Source: Fidelibacterota bacterium
GTDB taxonomy: Bacteria > Fidelibacterota > Marinisomatia > Marinisomatales > TCS55
Direction of reading: 5' to 3'
Assembly: GCA_046861385.1 (NCBI GenBank)
Contig: JBHHTW010000014.1
Span: forward strand, 1-48,043
DNA length: 48,043 nucleotides
Below, one piece after another: positions 9,546 to 19,723 of the stretch. A program made the translations under genes and the position numbers. The notes beneath the pieces were generated by a model that had not been told where the DNA came from, did no database searches, and saw only the letters and a program-made list of their open reading frames with translations. The first letter of the stretch is position 1. Each line of letters opens with the position of its first letter.

Positions 9546-10636
9546 AAACAGCCTTATTTGATATCCGGCATCTATATTATTTACCTCAGTTTCTTCCGGT
9601 CATTGAAGAACTATTAAAAAGAAATAATTATGCCGTTTACGTAACAGTGTCAGTAAATGAAAGCGTAGAAAAGGAAAATTACCTTAATAAAATTTTTTAC
9701 CATAAGCAAGTTCATGTCATTCGTGAAAAGACGGATGCAAAAAGATTGGCAAAGTGCTCGTCATTAAACCCAGACATCCTGTTTGTGGGAAATGTGAGAA
9801 AAACTCATCCTATAGCAAATGACCAGACTCTGACGGTTATGATCTATCATGGTATCGGTTTAAAGACCTCCTATTATAAGGATACATCACCTCAAATTGA
9901 TGTTTATGCCATTGAATCACAGGAACGAATGGATCACATGTTGTCAAAGGGTTTTAATAAAGATCAGCTGGCATTGTGCGGGTTCACTAAGCTGGATCCC
10001 TTAATAAAATCAAAAAATAGGGATCAAAAGGATTTATTAAGAGAATTAAAATTAAATGAGGATAAGAAAACTGTTTTTTATACACCTACATTTTATCCTT
10101 CATCCATAGAAAAAACTGTGAAATCACTAGTGAATCATGATTTTGATTTTAATTTGATCATAAAAATGCATCAATTTTCCTGGCAGATGAAAAAGTATCG
10201 TTATCATATTGATGCCATACAGAAATTGGGGGGAAAAGAGAATGTCTATATAGTTGACAAAGCAAATACTAATATAATTGATTACTATTTAATCAGCGAT
10301 TTATTGTTGACAGATATTTCGTCAACCCTTTTCGAGTTTTTAATATTAAATCGACCGATTGTTCAATGTCTTGATTTTACCTTTCGCAACCATCACAAAT
10401 TATTTCCATGGCTGGTAAACAAACGTTTCGACAAAGCACGAATGAAAAAAGTGGATTTTACTTATCAAATCAAGGATGCGAATCTGCTGGTTGAGTTGAT
10501 CAACAAAACGTTGAGATTACCGGAAGAATTAACAGATGAACGAACCAAAGCCATATCAGAATTTCATTATTTGCCCGATGGAAATGCATCGAGCAGATTA
10601 TTGGATTTTATTGAAGCAAAGCTGATGGACTCCTAA
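9542..10636 (+). CDS. CDP-glycerol glycerophosphotransferase (TagB/TagF) family protein
   Basis: IYHGIG, GFTKLD, YTPTFYPSS, IKMH, SDLLLTDISS, DGNASSR. Paralog of 4775-5887. Confidence 0.82.
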   Translation: MKTALFDIRHLYYLPQFLPVIEELLKRNNYAVYVTVSVNESVEKENYLNKIFYHKQVHVIREKTDAKRLAKCSSLNPDILFVGNVRKTHPIANDQTLTVMIYHGIGLKTSYYKDTSPQIDVYAIESQERMDHMLSKGFNKDQLALCGFTKLDPLIKSKNRDQKDLLRELKLNEDKKTVFYTPTFYPSSIEKTVKSLVNHDFDFNLIIKMHQFSWQMKKYRYHIDAIQKLGGKENVYIVDKANTNIIDYYLISDLLLTDISSTLFEFLILNRPIVQCLDFTFRNHHKLFPWLVNKRFDKARMKKVDFTYQIKDANLLVELINKTLRLPEELTDERTKAISEFHYLPDGNASSRLLDFIEAKLMDS

Positions 10637-10662
10637 TAATAAATTATTAGATTCCACCCCTC

Positions 10663-11397
10663 ATGAGAGCAATTATTTTAGCAGCCGGCGTTTCTAGAAG
10701 GCTTTACCCTGTAACAGAGACCACACCAAAATGTCTTTTAGATATTGGTGGAAAAACCATTATCGAAAGACAATTGGCATCTTTGAAGCTTCAAGGGATT
10801 AGTGAAATCACCATTGTTTTGGGATATTACCGTGAAAAAATTAAAGATTTTATTTCAGTAAATTTTCCTGATCTCAATATAGAATATATTATTAATCACC
10901 ATTTTTTTGAGACAAATACCGCTCACTCAGTTTATTTATGTAGAAACAGTCTCATCTGCGATGATCATATTCTGATGAATGGTGATGTTTTATACCCCAC
11001 TCAATTATTAGAACAAGTCATTTCTGATCCTTATGACACTGTCCTTGCGGTGGAGGTGAAAAAATGCGGGATGGAAGAAGTGAAAGTGATAGAAGGAACG
11101 GAAAATCGGGTGGTCGCGATTGGCAAAAAATTGGTACCTGAGAATTGTCTGGGTGAATTTATTGGTGTAGCGAAATTTTCAAAGGAATTCAACCAGGCTT
11201 TCGGAAGCTCCCTGGAACAATTGATCAATGCCGGTGGAAAAGAAGATTATTTTGAAGCAGCAATAGAATTAATTCTGAATAAGAATCACGTTTATTTTAC
11301 AGATGTATCTAATTATCCTTGCCTTGAAATCGACTTTGCAGAAGATTTAATAAATGCGCGAGCAATTGCAGAAAAAGATAAAGACGATCTTTTCTAA
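10663..11397 (+). CDS. LicC-like phosphocholine cytidylyltransferase family protein
   Basis: MRAIILAAGVSRRL...PKCLL, TNT, MNGDV, EEVK, GEFIGVAKF, EIDFAEDL. Confidence 0.88.
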   Translation: MRAIILAAGVSRRLYPVTETTPKCLLDIGGKTIIERQLASLKLQGISEITIVLGYYREKIKDFISVNFPDLNIEYIINHHFFETNTAHSVYLCRNSLICDDHILMNGDVLYPTQLLEQVISDPYDTVLAVEVKKCGMEEVKVIEGTENRVVAIGKKLVPENCLGEFIGVAKFSKEFNQAFGSSLEQLINAGGKEDYFEAAIELILNKNHVYFTDVSNYPCLEIDFAEDLINARAIAEKDKDDLF

Positions 11398-11402
11398 AAC
11401 AG

Positions 11403-12665
11403 ATGGCAAATATTACTCCTTTTAAAGGCTGGCGGTATAATCAGCGCCGCATATCAAATATTAATAATGTATTGGTGCCACCTTATGATGTAATTAGTCC
11501 CGAAGAACAGGATCATTATTATCATATTTCACATTATAATTCTGTACGACTGAACCTGAATCGTGAAGAGGGTCAAGCTTCATATATAGATGCTGCCAAG
11601 AATTTGGATCAATGGAAATCTGAAGGAATATTAATTCAAGATGAAAAGGATTCAATATATATCATTTCCCAGGAGTTTGAGTATAAGAACAAAAACATTC
11701 AGCGAATAGGCTGTATTTGTGCATTAAAATTGACTGACTTGGGTAAAATTGTACTTCCCCACGAGGAAACGATTGAAAAATACATTAATGATCGATACAA
11801 TTTGCTTGAAGCGACTCTGTCAAATACGGGGCAAATATTTATGTGTTATAAAGACGAGACAATGGGGCTAGAAGCAATTTTTGAAGAATTGCGGGATTTT
11901 CCAATCATTGATGCTATTATAGATAAAGTGCATTACAAAGTTTGGCAAGTATCGGATCCGACGCAAATCAACCGATTTAAAAATGTTATCAGTGGAAAAA
12001 ATGTGGTAATTAAAGACGGACACCACCGTTATAAAACTGCTCTTCGTTTTTCGCAAAAACATCCTGAGATTACTGGCGCAGATAAAGTGATGGTGACGTT
12101 GGTGAACAGTAAGGATCCGGGTATGATTGTATTACCTACCCATCGCTTGCTTAAAGGGATTAATATGGATATTGAGACCATTATCTCCAGACTGGGTGAA
12201 TACTTTGAAATAGAAAAAATGAATGGTCCCGATAGAGTCGTATCTGTATTAGAAAACGGCTCGAAACCCAAAGGCGTGTTTGGTGTTTATCATAAGGAAA
12301 GTGAAACCGGTTTGTTATTACATTTCACACATTGGAAAGAGCTGAATATCATGTTTTCAAACCAGAGTAAAACTTCCAGAGAACTTGATACGAATATATT
12401 ACATAAGTTTGTGTTAAAACACGTGTTCAAAATCGATACATCCAAACAAGAGGATCTAAAACATATGGCGTATATTCGCGGTAATAAATCAACACTATCG
12501 TTAATACAAATGGAACTGAATTATGATGTCGCATGTTTTGTGAAACCACCAACATTGGAAGAAATATTTTCCATAGCTGAGGCCGGTGAAATCATGCCCC
12601 AAAAATCCACATTTTTTTTCCCAAAGATATATTCAGGGTTAGTCTTGCGATGTTTGGGAGAATAA
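11403..12665 (+). CDS. DUF1015 domain protein (ParB/Srx-like fold)
   Basis: PFKG, PPYDVI, LPHEET, DGHHRY, LPTHR and the C-terminal MPQKSTFFFPK..SGL. Confidence 0.85.
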   Translation: MANITPFKGWRYNQRRISNINNVLVPPYDVISPEEQDHYYHISHYNSVRLNLNREEGQASYIDAAKNLDQWKSEGILIQDEKDSIYIISQEFEYKNKNIQRIGCICALKLTDLGKIVLPHEETIEKYINDRYNLLEATLSNTGQIFMCYKDETMGLEAIFEELRDFPIIDAIIDKVHYKVWQVSDPTQINRFKNVISGKNVVIKDGHHRYKTALRFSQKHPEITGADKVMVTLVNSKDPGMIVLPTHRLLKGINMDIETIISRLGEYFEIEKMNGPDRVVSVLENGSKPKGVFGVYHKESETGLLLHFTHWKELNIMFSNQSKTSRELDTNILHKFVLKHVFKIDTSKQEDLKHMAYIRGNKSTLSLIQMELNYDVACFVKPPTLEEIFSIAEAGEIMPQKSTFFFPKIYSGLVLRCLGE

Positions 12666-12687
12666 AAATAAAGAAGAGAGAATCCCT

Positions 12688-13959
12688 ATGTCTATGTTAA
12701 TGCAAAAACTATCTAAGAAAATTCCCGATTGGAGATACGAAGCAAAACAGATTATTGATGAAAAGGGCGATCATGTCATTAGCAATGTAACCGTTCAACA
12801 GTCGTATGGTGGAATGCGTGGAGTGAAAGGGCTTATTTGTGATACATCTTCAGTGTCAGCGGATAAAGGGTTAATTATTCGTGGCTTCCCTCTTTTGGAT
12901 ATTACCCACATTCTCCCGGAAGAAGTGTTTTATCTCCTCCTCACCGGTGAACTTCCGGAAGAAGACGAACTGAAAGACCTGCAGGATCAAATGACTGAAT
13001 ATGCCGAAGTCCCAAACTACGTATGGGACGTTTTGAAGGCAATGCCGACAGAATCACACCCAATGGCAATGTTTAATACAGCCATTCTGGTGATGGAAAA
13101 TGAATCAGTTTTCCGCCAAAAATATGATGAAGGAATTGAGAAACAAGAATTCTGGAAGGCCATTCTCGAAGACGCAATTCGCCTTGTGGCAAAACTTCCT
13201 GCAATTGGAGCAGGTGTTTACCGAATTCGATTTAACAAAGGTGAATTGGTTTCACCTGACAAAAATTTAGACTGGGGAGCAAATTTTGCTCACATGTTGG
13301 GGAATCCTGATCCAGAAGGAATTTTGAAGAAACTCATGCGTCTTTATCTAATGCTCCATTGTGATCATGAAGGCGGAAATGTGAGTGCCTTCAGCGGACT
13401 GACGGTTGCATCAGCACTATCCGATCCTTACTACGCTGTTTCCGCCGGGTTGAATGGTCTTGCTGGACCCCTCCACGGATTGGCAAATCAAGAATGTCTG
13501 AAATTTGTTCTGGAAATAAAGAATCATTTCAAGGGCTCACCTTCTAATGAAGATCTTACACAGTTTATTTGGAACCGATTAAATAGTGGACGGGTTATTC
13601 CCGGCTATGGTCACGCTGTGCTGCGTTGTCCTGATCCGAGATTTACTGCATTTATCAACTTTGGGAAAGAATACATCAAAAATGATCCAGTATTCGATAT
13701 TGTCCAAAACTTATTTGATGTGGTTCCTTCAGTACTAAAAGAACAGGGAAAAGCAAAAAATCCCTGGCCAAATGTGGATGCGGCTTCAGGTTCGTTATTA
13801 TATCATTTTGGAATAACGGAATTTAGTTTCTATACTGTTTTATTCAGTATTTCACGCGCGATGGGAATGGTATCCCAGATGGTTCTTAACCGCGCATTGG
13901 GTATTCCTATTACTCGACCCAAATCCGTGACTTATTCCTGGCTTAAAACAAACTCTTGA
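12688..13959 (+). CDS. gltA: Citrate (Si)-synthase, eukaryote-like dimeric type
   Basis: YGGMRG, DHEGGNVS, GLAGPLHGLANQE, GYGHAVLR, NPWPNVDA, ITRPKS. Confidence 0.93.
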   Translation: MSMLMQKLSKKIPDWRYEAKQIIDEKGDHVISNVTVQQSYGGMRGVKGLICDTSSVSADKGLIIRGFPLLDITHILPEEVFYLLLTGELPEEDELKDLQDQMTEYAEVPNYVWDVLKAMPTESHPMAMFNTAILVMENESVFRQKYDEGIEKQEFWKAILEDAIRLVAKLPAIGAGVYRIRFNKGELVSPDKNLDWGANFAHMLGNPDPEGILKKLMRLYLMLHCDHEGGNVSAFSGLTVASALSDPYYAVSAGLNGLAGPLHGLANQECLKFVLEIKNHFKGSPSNEDLTQFIWNRLNSGRVIPGYGHAVLRCPDPRFTAFINFGKEYIKNDPVFDIVQNLFDVVPSVLKEQGKAKNPWPNVDAASGSLLYHFGITEFSFYTVLFSISRAMGMVSQMVLNRALGIPITRPKSVTYSWLKTNS

Positions 13960-16202
13960 AACAACATACAATAAGATGTTTCTCTTTTGGGGCAGGTTTA
14001 CTCCTCTTGTTAGGACAATTGTATTCTGTTGAAATATACCAGTCGCTTCGTGTCTACGGGACCGATATACACACTTTGGGTGAATTAAATGATGTGGGAA
14101 TTCCCTTAGATCATGTTCGCATTAAAAAAGGGGCTTTTATTGATGTAATAGCCAGCAGAGATCAAGCAGATGTTCTGAGAGAACGTGGAATTATTTTTGA
14201 TGTTTTGATCAGTAATATGACTGAATATTATTTAAAGGAAAATGTACCTGCGGTCAATCGAGACTTTGAATTGGGATCCATGAAAGGAAACTATACATTC
14301 GATGAAGTAATAGTAAAAATGGATTCTTTAAGGTCATTATATCCCGACATTGTTTCAATAAAAGACTCCATTGGACATTCTATGGAAGGAAGACCCATTT
14401 GGGCTTTGAAAGTTTCCGATAATCCCAATCTGGAGGAAAATGAACCTGAAGTATTATTTACGGGACTAACCCATGCCCGGGAACCTTTGGGAATGATGAA
14501 TCAATTTTATTTTATTCAGTGGCTGTGCGAAAATTATAATTCTGACCCAGTCGCTCAGCATTTGGTGGATAATAGGGAATTATGGTTTATCCCCGTGATC
14601 AATCCGGATGGTTATGTGTATAATGAATCCATTGCACCCAATGGAGGCGGGATGCATCGTAAGAATAGGCGGGACACTAACTGTGGAGTCGGCACCCAAC
14701 GGGGTATAGATTTAAATCGCAATTATGGATACGAATGGGGGGCAGATAATTCTGGTTCATCTCCCGATCCATGTTCGAGTGTTTTTAGAGGCGATTCTGC
14801 ATTTTCTGAACCGGAAACCCAGGCTGTACGAGATTTTATTCTGGCTCATGAATTTTCTAATGTACTTCATTATCATTCGTATTCCAATGTGTTGATTCAT
14901 TCCTGGGGTGATGGGACTTTACCTGATGAACCGGATTTAACAACAATCCGCGAAATTGGTAAAGAGATGACAAGATTAAACGGATACGGGGTTGGTACAG
15001 GATACGAAACCATCGGGTATGGAGTTAATGGCGATGCGGTAGATTGGACTTATGGCACTGCCGGACCTATTTCCTACACACCGGAAATTGGATCGTACCA
15101 GGATAATTTCTGGCCGTCAGAAAACAGGGTGATTCCACTATGCCGGGATCAATTGTATGCGAATCAGGTTTTTGGTTTTGTAGGTGGAGCTGATTTCATC
15201 GTGCACGGATTCGAAATCTTATCCTCACATGATGATACGATTAAAATTGACTTTGCTATTCAAAATAGAGGTTTACAAAATTCTGATGGAGATGTTTTAA
15301 TTAATGTCTCAACAAATTTAGACAGTGCCCACATTATCAATTTTGAACATAATTTAGGAATACTGGCAGCAAGAGAATCTGCATATTTAACTGTTTCATT
15401 AATTAATCCGAGCGATATCACAAATGGAAATGCAATCGATATTATCCTGACCTTAAATGATAACAGCAGTTACGTTCGAAAAGACACAGTAACAATAATT
15501 ACTGGAAATCCATCCGTACTTTTCTTAGAAAATGCTGAAAAGGATTTATCAAATTGGACAGCTTCTAAAAATTGGGATATCGTATTATTGAGAGCTTATT
15601 CTGGTGACCATGTAATTACGGATAGTCCGAATGGAAATTACGGCACAAATATCTCCAGTTCGATTATGCTAAATACACCCATAAACTTTGTCAACGTTGA
15701 TTATCCTTTTATACAATTCTCAGCAAAATGGGCCATTGAGAGTAATTGGGATTTTGTACGGTTTCAAGCATCTATAGATGGGAGTCAGTGGACTTCATTA
15801 GGCGGATTGCACACTGAGAGAGGAGCAGGTCAAGGTGCACAAAATGCCGGTGACCAAGGTTACGATGGCGTATCAGATTGGGTAGATGAAACGATTGATT
15901 TGTCTGCTTTTTCCGGTGAATCACAAGTGTATTTCCGGTTTATCCTAACATCAGACGGATATATTGAAGATGATGGTTTTTATTTTGATGACTTCACAAT
16001 TAACGGGTATTTGGATTTCTTACCCGGCGATGTAAACCATGATGGAATTCTTGACATTATTGATGTGCTGACGATTATGGATTTTGTAATGGATAATACC
16101 GTTTTGAACGATAATCAAAATATCCTTGTGGATGTAAATTTTGATGGGCAGGTTGACTTAAATGATCCAATTCGATTAATCAATATAATCTTATCTAAAT
16201 AA
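13956..16202 (+). CDS. Secreted M14 zinc carboxypeptidase (CPT-like) with beta-sandwich domains and a C-terminal dockerin
   Basis: HARE, RKNRR, GIDLNRNY, FSEPET, HSYS, YTPE. The C-terminus has a duplicated GDVNHDG/DVNFDG Ca-loop (dockerin type I pattern). Confidence 0.88.
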   Translation: MKQHTIRCFSFGAGLLLLLGQLYSVEIYQSLRVYGTDIHTLGELNDVGIPLDHVRIKKGAFIDVIASRDQADVLRERGIIFDVLISNMTEYYLKENVPAVNRDFELGSMKGNYTFDEVIVKMDSLRSLYPDIVSIKDSIGHSMEGRPIWALKVSDNPNLEENEPEVLFTGLTHAREPLGMMNQFYFIQWLCENYNSDPVAQHLVDNRELWFIPVINPDGYVYNESIAPNGGGMHRKNRRDTNCGVGTQRGIDLNRNYGYEWGADNSGSSPDPCSSVFRGDSAFSEPETQAVRDFILAHEFSNVLHYHSYSNVLIHSWGDGTLPDEPDLTTIREIGKEMTRLNGYGVGTGYETIGYGVNGDAVDWTYGTAGPISYTPEIGSYQDNFWPSENRVIPLCRDQLYANQVFGFVGGADFIVHGFEILSSHDDTIKIDFAIQNRGLQNSDGDVLINVSTNLDSAHIINFEHNLGILAARESAYLTVSLINPSDITNGNAIDIILTLNDNSSYVRKDTVTIITGNPSVLFLENAEKDLSNWTASKNWDIVLLRAYSGDHVITDSPNGNYGTNISSSIMLNTPINFVNVDYPFIQFSAKWAIESNWDFVRFQASIDGSQWTSLGGLHTERGAGQGAQNAGDQGYDGVSDWVDETIDLSAFSGESQVYFRFILTSDGYIEDDGFYFDDFTINGYLDFLPGDVNHDGILDIIDVLTIMDFVMDNTVLNDNQNILVDVNFDGQVDLNDPIRLINIILSK

Positions 16203-17842
16203 TGCCCCGATTTTCTCGCATCCTCTTCGCGGTTATTTTTATTTCTGAGATAGTGTGTGCTGGAAAAATATGGGTGTTTTTTTCTGATAAAAACGCAACG
16301 ACCGATCAATATATTCATTTGTCAGAAAAAACTATTTCCCGCAGGCAAAAAATGAATAAAGATTATACATGGTACGATCGTCAAATTTCTATTGATTACA
16401 TTCAAGCAGTCAGTAAAATCGGAGTTACAATTCATCGCCAAAGCAATTGGCTGAATGCTGTTTCCGTTTCAGGGACGAATAAACAAATCCAAAAAATCTA
16501 CAATCTTCCATTTGTGAACAAAATCCAACCGGTTGCCAGATTTGTTAGGAAAAATTCAGAATTGTTTACGCCATCTTTTAATTCCAAGACTATTCCGACC
16601 GATACGTCTTTTTATGGGTTTGCCTGGGAACAGATGGACCAAATTAATTGCAATACGGCTCACGATGCGGGGTATTTTGGTCAGGGAATTAGGGTATTAA
16701 TTTTGGACACAGGGTTTAATACTGAACTTTCGGTGTTTGATTCATTGAATATTGTAGATGAATGGGATTTTATTAACAATGATGGAAATACTGCTAATGA
16801 AACGGATGATGCCTTAAGCCAGCATAATCACGGGACGATGGTCTTCTCAGCCATGGCCGGATATGACCCGGGAAATCTAGTGGGCCCGGCATACGGCGCA
16901 GAATTTTTATTGGCCAAGACAGAGGACGTTACATCTGAATCAATTGTGGAAGAAGATAATTATGTTGCTGCTTTGGAGTGGGGCGAACAGAATGGAGCGG
17001 ACATCGCTTCTTCATCTTTGGGTTATTTGGATTGGTATTCTTATTGTGATATGGACGGAAATACAGCAGTGACTACAAATGCTGTTGATATTGCTGTCAA
17101 TTTGGGAATGGTCTGTGTTACCTCAGCCGGAAATTGGGGAACGTCCAGTCCACCGCCTAACCCATGTGATACTTTGTACTACTATATTTCCGCACCGGCG
17201 GACGCGGATTCAGTTATTGCAGTCGGTGCTGTAAATAGCGAGGGACTTATCGCATCTTTCAGCTCCCACGGACCGACACACGACGGTCGAATTAAACCGG
17301 AAATTTGCGCCAGAGGTGTTAGTACATGGTGTACCCAACCGAATTCGAATTCATATCGTACAGCGAGTGGAACATCCCTTGCTGCTCCGTTGGTGGGTGG
17401 AGCAGCAGCAGTCATTTTAAGCGCGAATCCAGGGTGGACACCCATGCAGGTACGAGAAGCGATGATAATGACAGCAGATAAATCGGATATTCCTGATAAT
17501 GATTATGGATATGGTGTTATTGATGTGATGGCAGCGATCGATTATGTAACAAATTCCATAGACAAAGAAATTATTCCAAATAGTTATTCCATTATAAATG
17601 TTTATCCAAATCCATTTAATTCCACAGCAACCATCCTTTTAACCGTCGATATCAAACATAAATCACAACTTCGTATATATGATATTAATGGGCGACTGGT
17701 TGAAATATTATTGGATGAAATTGTTAATCCCGGAAAAACAAAAATTGAATGGAATGCCGCCAATAATCCGAGCGGCCTTTATATTCTGCAATTAAAAACA
17801 AAAAATAACATATATACTAAGAAGATCACCCATATTAAATAA
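16202..17842 (+). CDS. Secreted S8 subtilisin-like serine peptidase with T9SS-type C-terminal sorting domain
   Basis: Triad ILDTG, HNHGT, SGTSLAAP; oxyanion SAGN; C-terminal YPNPFN...IYDINGRLV...SGLY. Confidence 0.9.
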   Translation: MPRFSRILFAVIFISEIVCAGKIWVFFSDKNATTDQYIHLSEKTISRRQKMNKDYTWYDRQISIDYIQAVSKIGVTIHRQSNWLNAVSVSGTNKQIQKIYNLPFVNKIQPVARFVRKNSELFTPSFNSKTIPTDTSFYGFAWEQMDQINCNTAHDAGYFGQGIRVLILDTGFNTELSVFDSLNIVDEWDFINNDGNTANETDDALSQHNHGTMVFSAMAGYDPGNLVGPAYGAEFLLAKTEDVTSESIVEEDNYVAALEWGEQNGADIASSSLGYLDWYSYCDMDGNTAVTTNAVDIAVNLGMVCVTSAGNWGTSSPPPNPCDTLYYYISAPADADSVIAVGAVNSEGLIASFSSHGPTHDGRIKPEICARGVSTWCTQPNSNSYRTASGTSLAAPLVGGAAAVILSANPGWTPMQVREAMIMTADKSDIPDNDYGYGVIDVMAAIDYVTNSIDKEIIPNSYSIINVYPNPFNSTATILLTVDIKHKSQLRIYDINGRLVEILLDEIVNPGKTKIEWNAANNPSGLYILQLKTKNNIYTKKITHIK

Positions 17843-17915
17843 TTCATAAACCATAAGATTCTACTTGCGTCGGGAAATATAATCTCAGAAATTTGGTCTC
17901 GCCGGTTTATTTCTC

Positions 17916-19706
17916 ATGAATAAATACTTCACATTAATTTTTACTTTGGGCAATTTGTCTCTCAGTCTACTCTTTTCTCAAGATGAAGGGGGGGCTCTTC
18001 CAATAAATTTAGCAGCCTATGGTGGAACTGAATCCATTCTGTTAATATGGGATATCCCATCTGATAATGAAATTGAAGAGATCCAATTATTCCGCAGCAG
18101 TGAATTAACGTCGAGCTATGATATGATTGATCTTGACGAAATGGTTAGAGATCGCTATTTGGACAGAGATGTGATAACCGGTGTTCTATTATTTTACAGA
18201 GTAGAAATTCAAATGGCTGACGGCGCCCGTTATTCAAGCTCCATTAAGACCCCCGCATTGGCTCGGTCTTTTGACCTACTGGAATATGAAAGAATTATGG
18301 AATCAGTCGTAACAGAATATCCCCAAACGATTTCATTAAAAGATGAAATTATTGATATTCATTCTTTTAACAGTTCCCTCCTTCAGGATTATTTTGCGAT
18401 ACAATCACCCATAGACATAGAAAATCTTCAAATGCTGAATTTATTTTTGCTGACGGAAAAGGTGAATTTCTCATCGTTTATCAATGTATTCGGCTTAAAA
18501 GGATTGACTCAGATTGAACCCCTATTCAATGGTTTTGAAATTGAGTTGATGGAAAATTATTTAAATGTTTCGTTCCAACAATTAGAACCTATTTATAGAC
18601 AAAATTTACTCTTATCTCCAGAAGAATGGAATCAGGAAAAAGCGAATTTATTAACAGTAATAACAACAAAACTTGCATCAGGAAAAGACATTATTCGTCA
18701 AGATAAAAATTTTATAGAATCATTGTCTGCAATTAAAATGACCGGTTTAATCAGAGATAATGAATCGTTTAGAATTCATTTAACGCAATTATTTGAAACG
18801 ATTTCTCATGTTCAACTAATGAATGGTGATGAAATGATTGAAGTGCATTTGAATGAATATTCAGATATGGTCGTCATTCCGGATACCTGGAATCATGTAG
18901 AATTATGGTTGAATGATGATTTGATTCAATCCATCCCGACGATCTATGAAAATGGGTCGATGACAATCTCCCTGGATGATCAATATTATTTTAAGGATAA
19001 AGCAACGACAGCTCAAGTAGTAAAGTCAATTCCGGATCAGGAATTTGAATTGAATGAACTAATGTTTAACTCTTTTGATAAAAAAATCAATATTGAAATT
19101 GCGGGTCAATCGAACGATTTTACAGTATTGGGTGTTTTTCTGAACGATTCTTTATTGTTTGAGTGGGAGCCCAATCCGACCTTTCAAATTTTATATTATG
19201 ATTCCAGTGCTATTTTACCGGAGAATGCACAATTTGGCTGGTTGCATTTATGCCAATTTGAGAATGAAAATTGGGAAATTATTGAAAGCCGGCCACTTAA
19301 TCTAAATAAACCGTTTCATGAAGGAAAGATACCGGATCGGGAGTCTTGGAGTGATTTGTCTTTTAAGACATTTGGCAGGGCGAATGATTTAACAAAAAGT
19401 TCTCAAGCGGTAAATTTGATTCCCGAAATATTCGCTTTATATCAGAATTATCCAAATCCGTTTAATTCAAGTACCAAGATTACATTCGATTTATTAGAAG
19501 CGTCGATCGTTAATGTATTTGTGTCAGATGCCCGAGGACGGAAGATTGAGGTTTTTTTAGATGAGGTATTTTTAGTAAATGGAACCTATTCTTTTACATG
19601 GTCAGGCGAATTTCAATCCAGTGGTATTTATTTTGTGACGGTGGAGGCACAATCCGGTGACTATTTACCTTTTGTAATGAGTCGAAAAATGATCTATTTA
19701 AAATAA
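17916..19706 (+). CDS. Secreted protein with N-terminal FN3-like domain and T9SS-type C-terminal domain, function unknown
   Basis: Signal peptide, LxW...YLD...FYRV FN3-like pattern, C-terminal LYQNYPNPFN...SSGIYF...RKMIYLK. Confidence 0.75.
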   Translation: MNKYFTLIFTLGNLSLSLLFSQDEGGALPINLAAYGGTESILLIWDIPSDNEIEEIQLFRSSELTSSYDMIDLDEMVRDRYLDRDVITGVLLFYRVEIQMADGARYSSSIKTPALARSFDLLEYERIMESVVTEYPQTISLKDEIIDIHSFNSSLLQDYFAIQSPIDIENLQMLNLFLLTEKVNFSSFINVFGLKGLTQIEPLFNGFEIELMENYLNVSFQQLEPIYRQNLLLSPEEWNQEKANLLTVITTKLASGKDIIRQDKNFIESLSAIKMTGLIRDNESFRIHLTQLFETISHVQLMNGDEMIEVHLNEYSDMVVIPDTWNHVELWLNDDLIQSIPTIYENGSMTISLDDQYYFKDKATTAQVVKSIPDQEFELNELMFNSFDKKINIEIAGQSNDFTVLGVFLNDSLLFEWEPNPTFQILYYDSSAILPENAQFGWLHLCQFENENWEIIESRPLNLNKPFHEGKIPDRESWSDLSFKTFGRANDLTKSSQAVNLIPEIFALYQNYPNPFNSSTKITFDLLEASIVNVFVSDARGRKIEVFLDEVFLVNGTYSFTWSGEFQSSGIYFVTVEAQSGDYLPFVMSRKMIYLK

Positions 19707-19723
19707 TTAGAATAAGGAAGATT

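Noticed and set aside
4775-11397. Phosphonate biosynthesis cluster
   Set aside because: LicC/PntC-like cytidylyltransferases are present, but no PEP mutase or phosphonopyruvate decarboxylase is in the window. Kept only as a possible substrate class.
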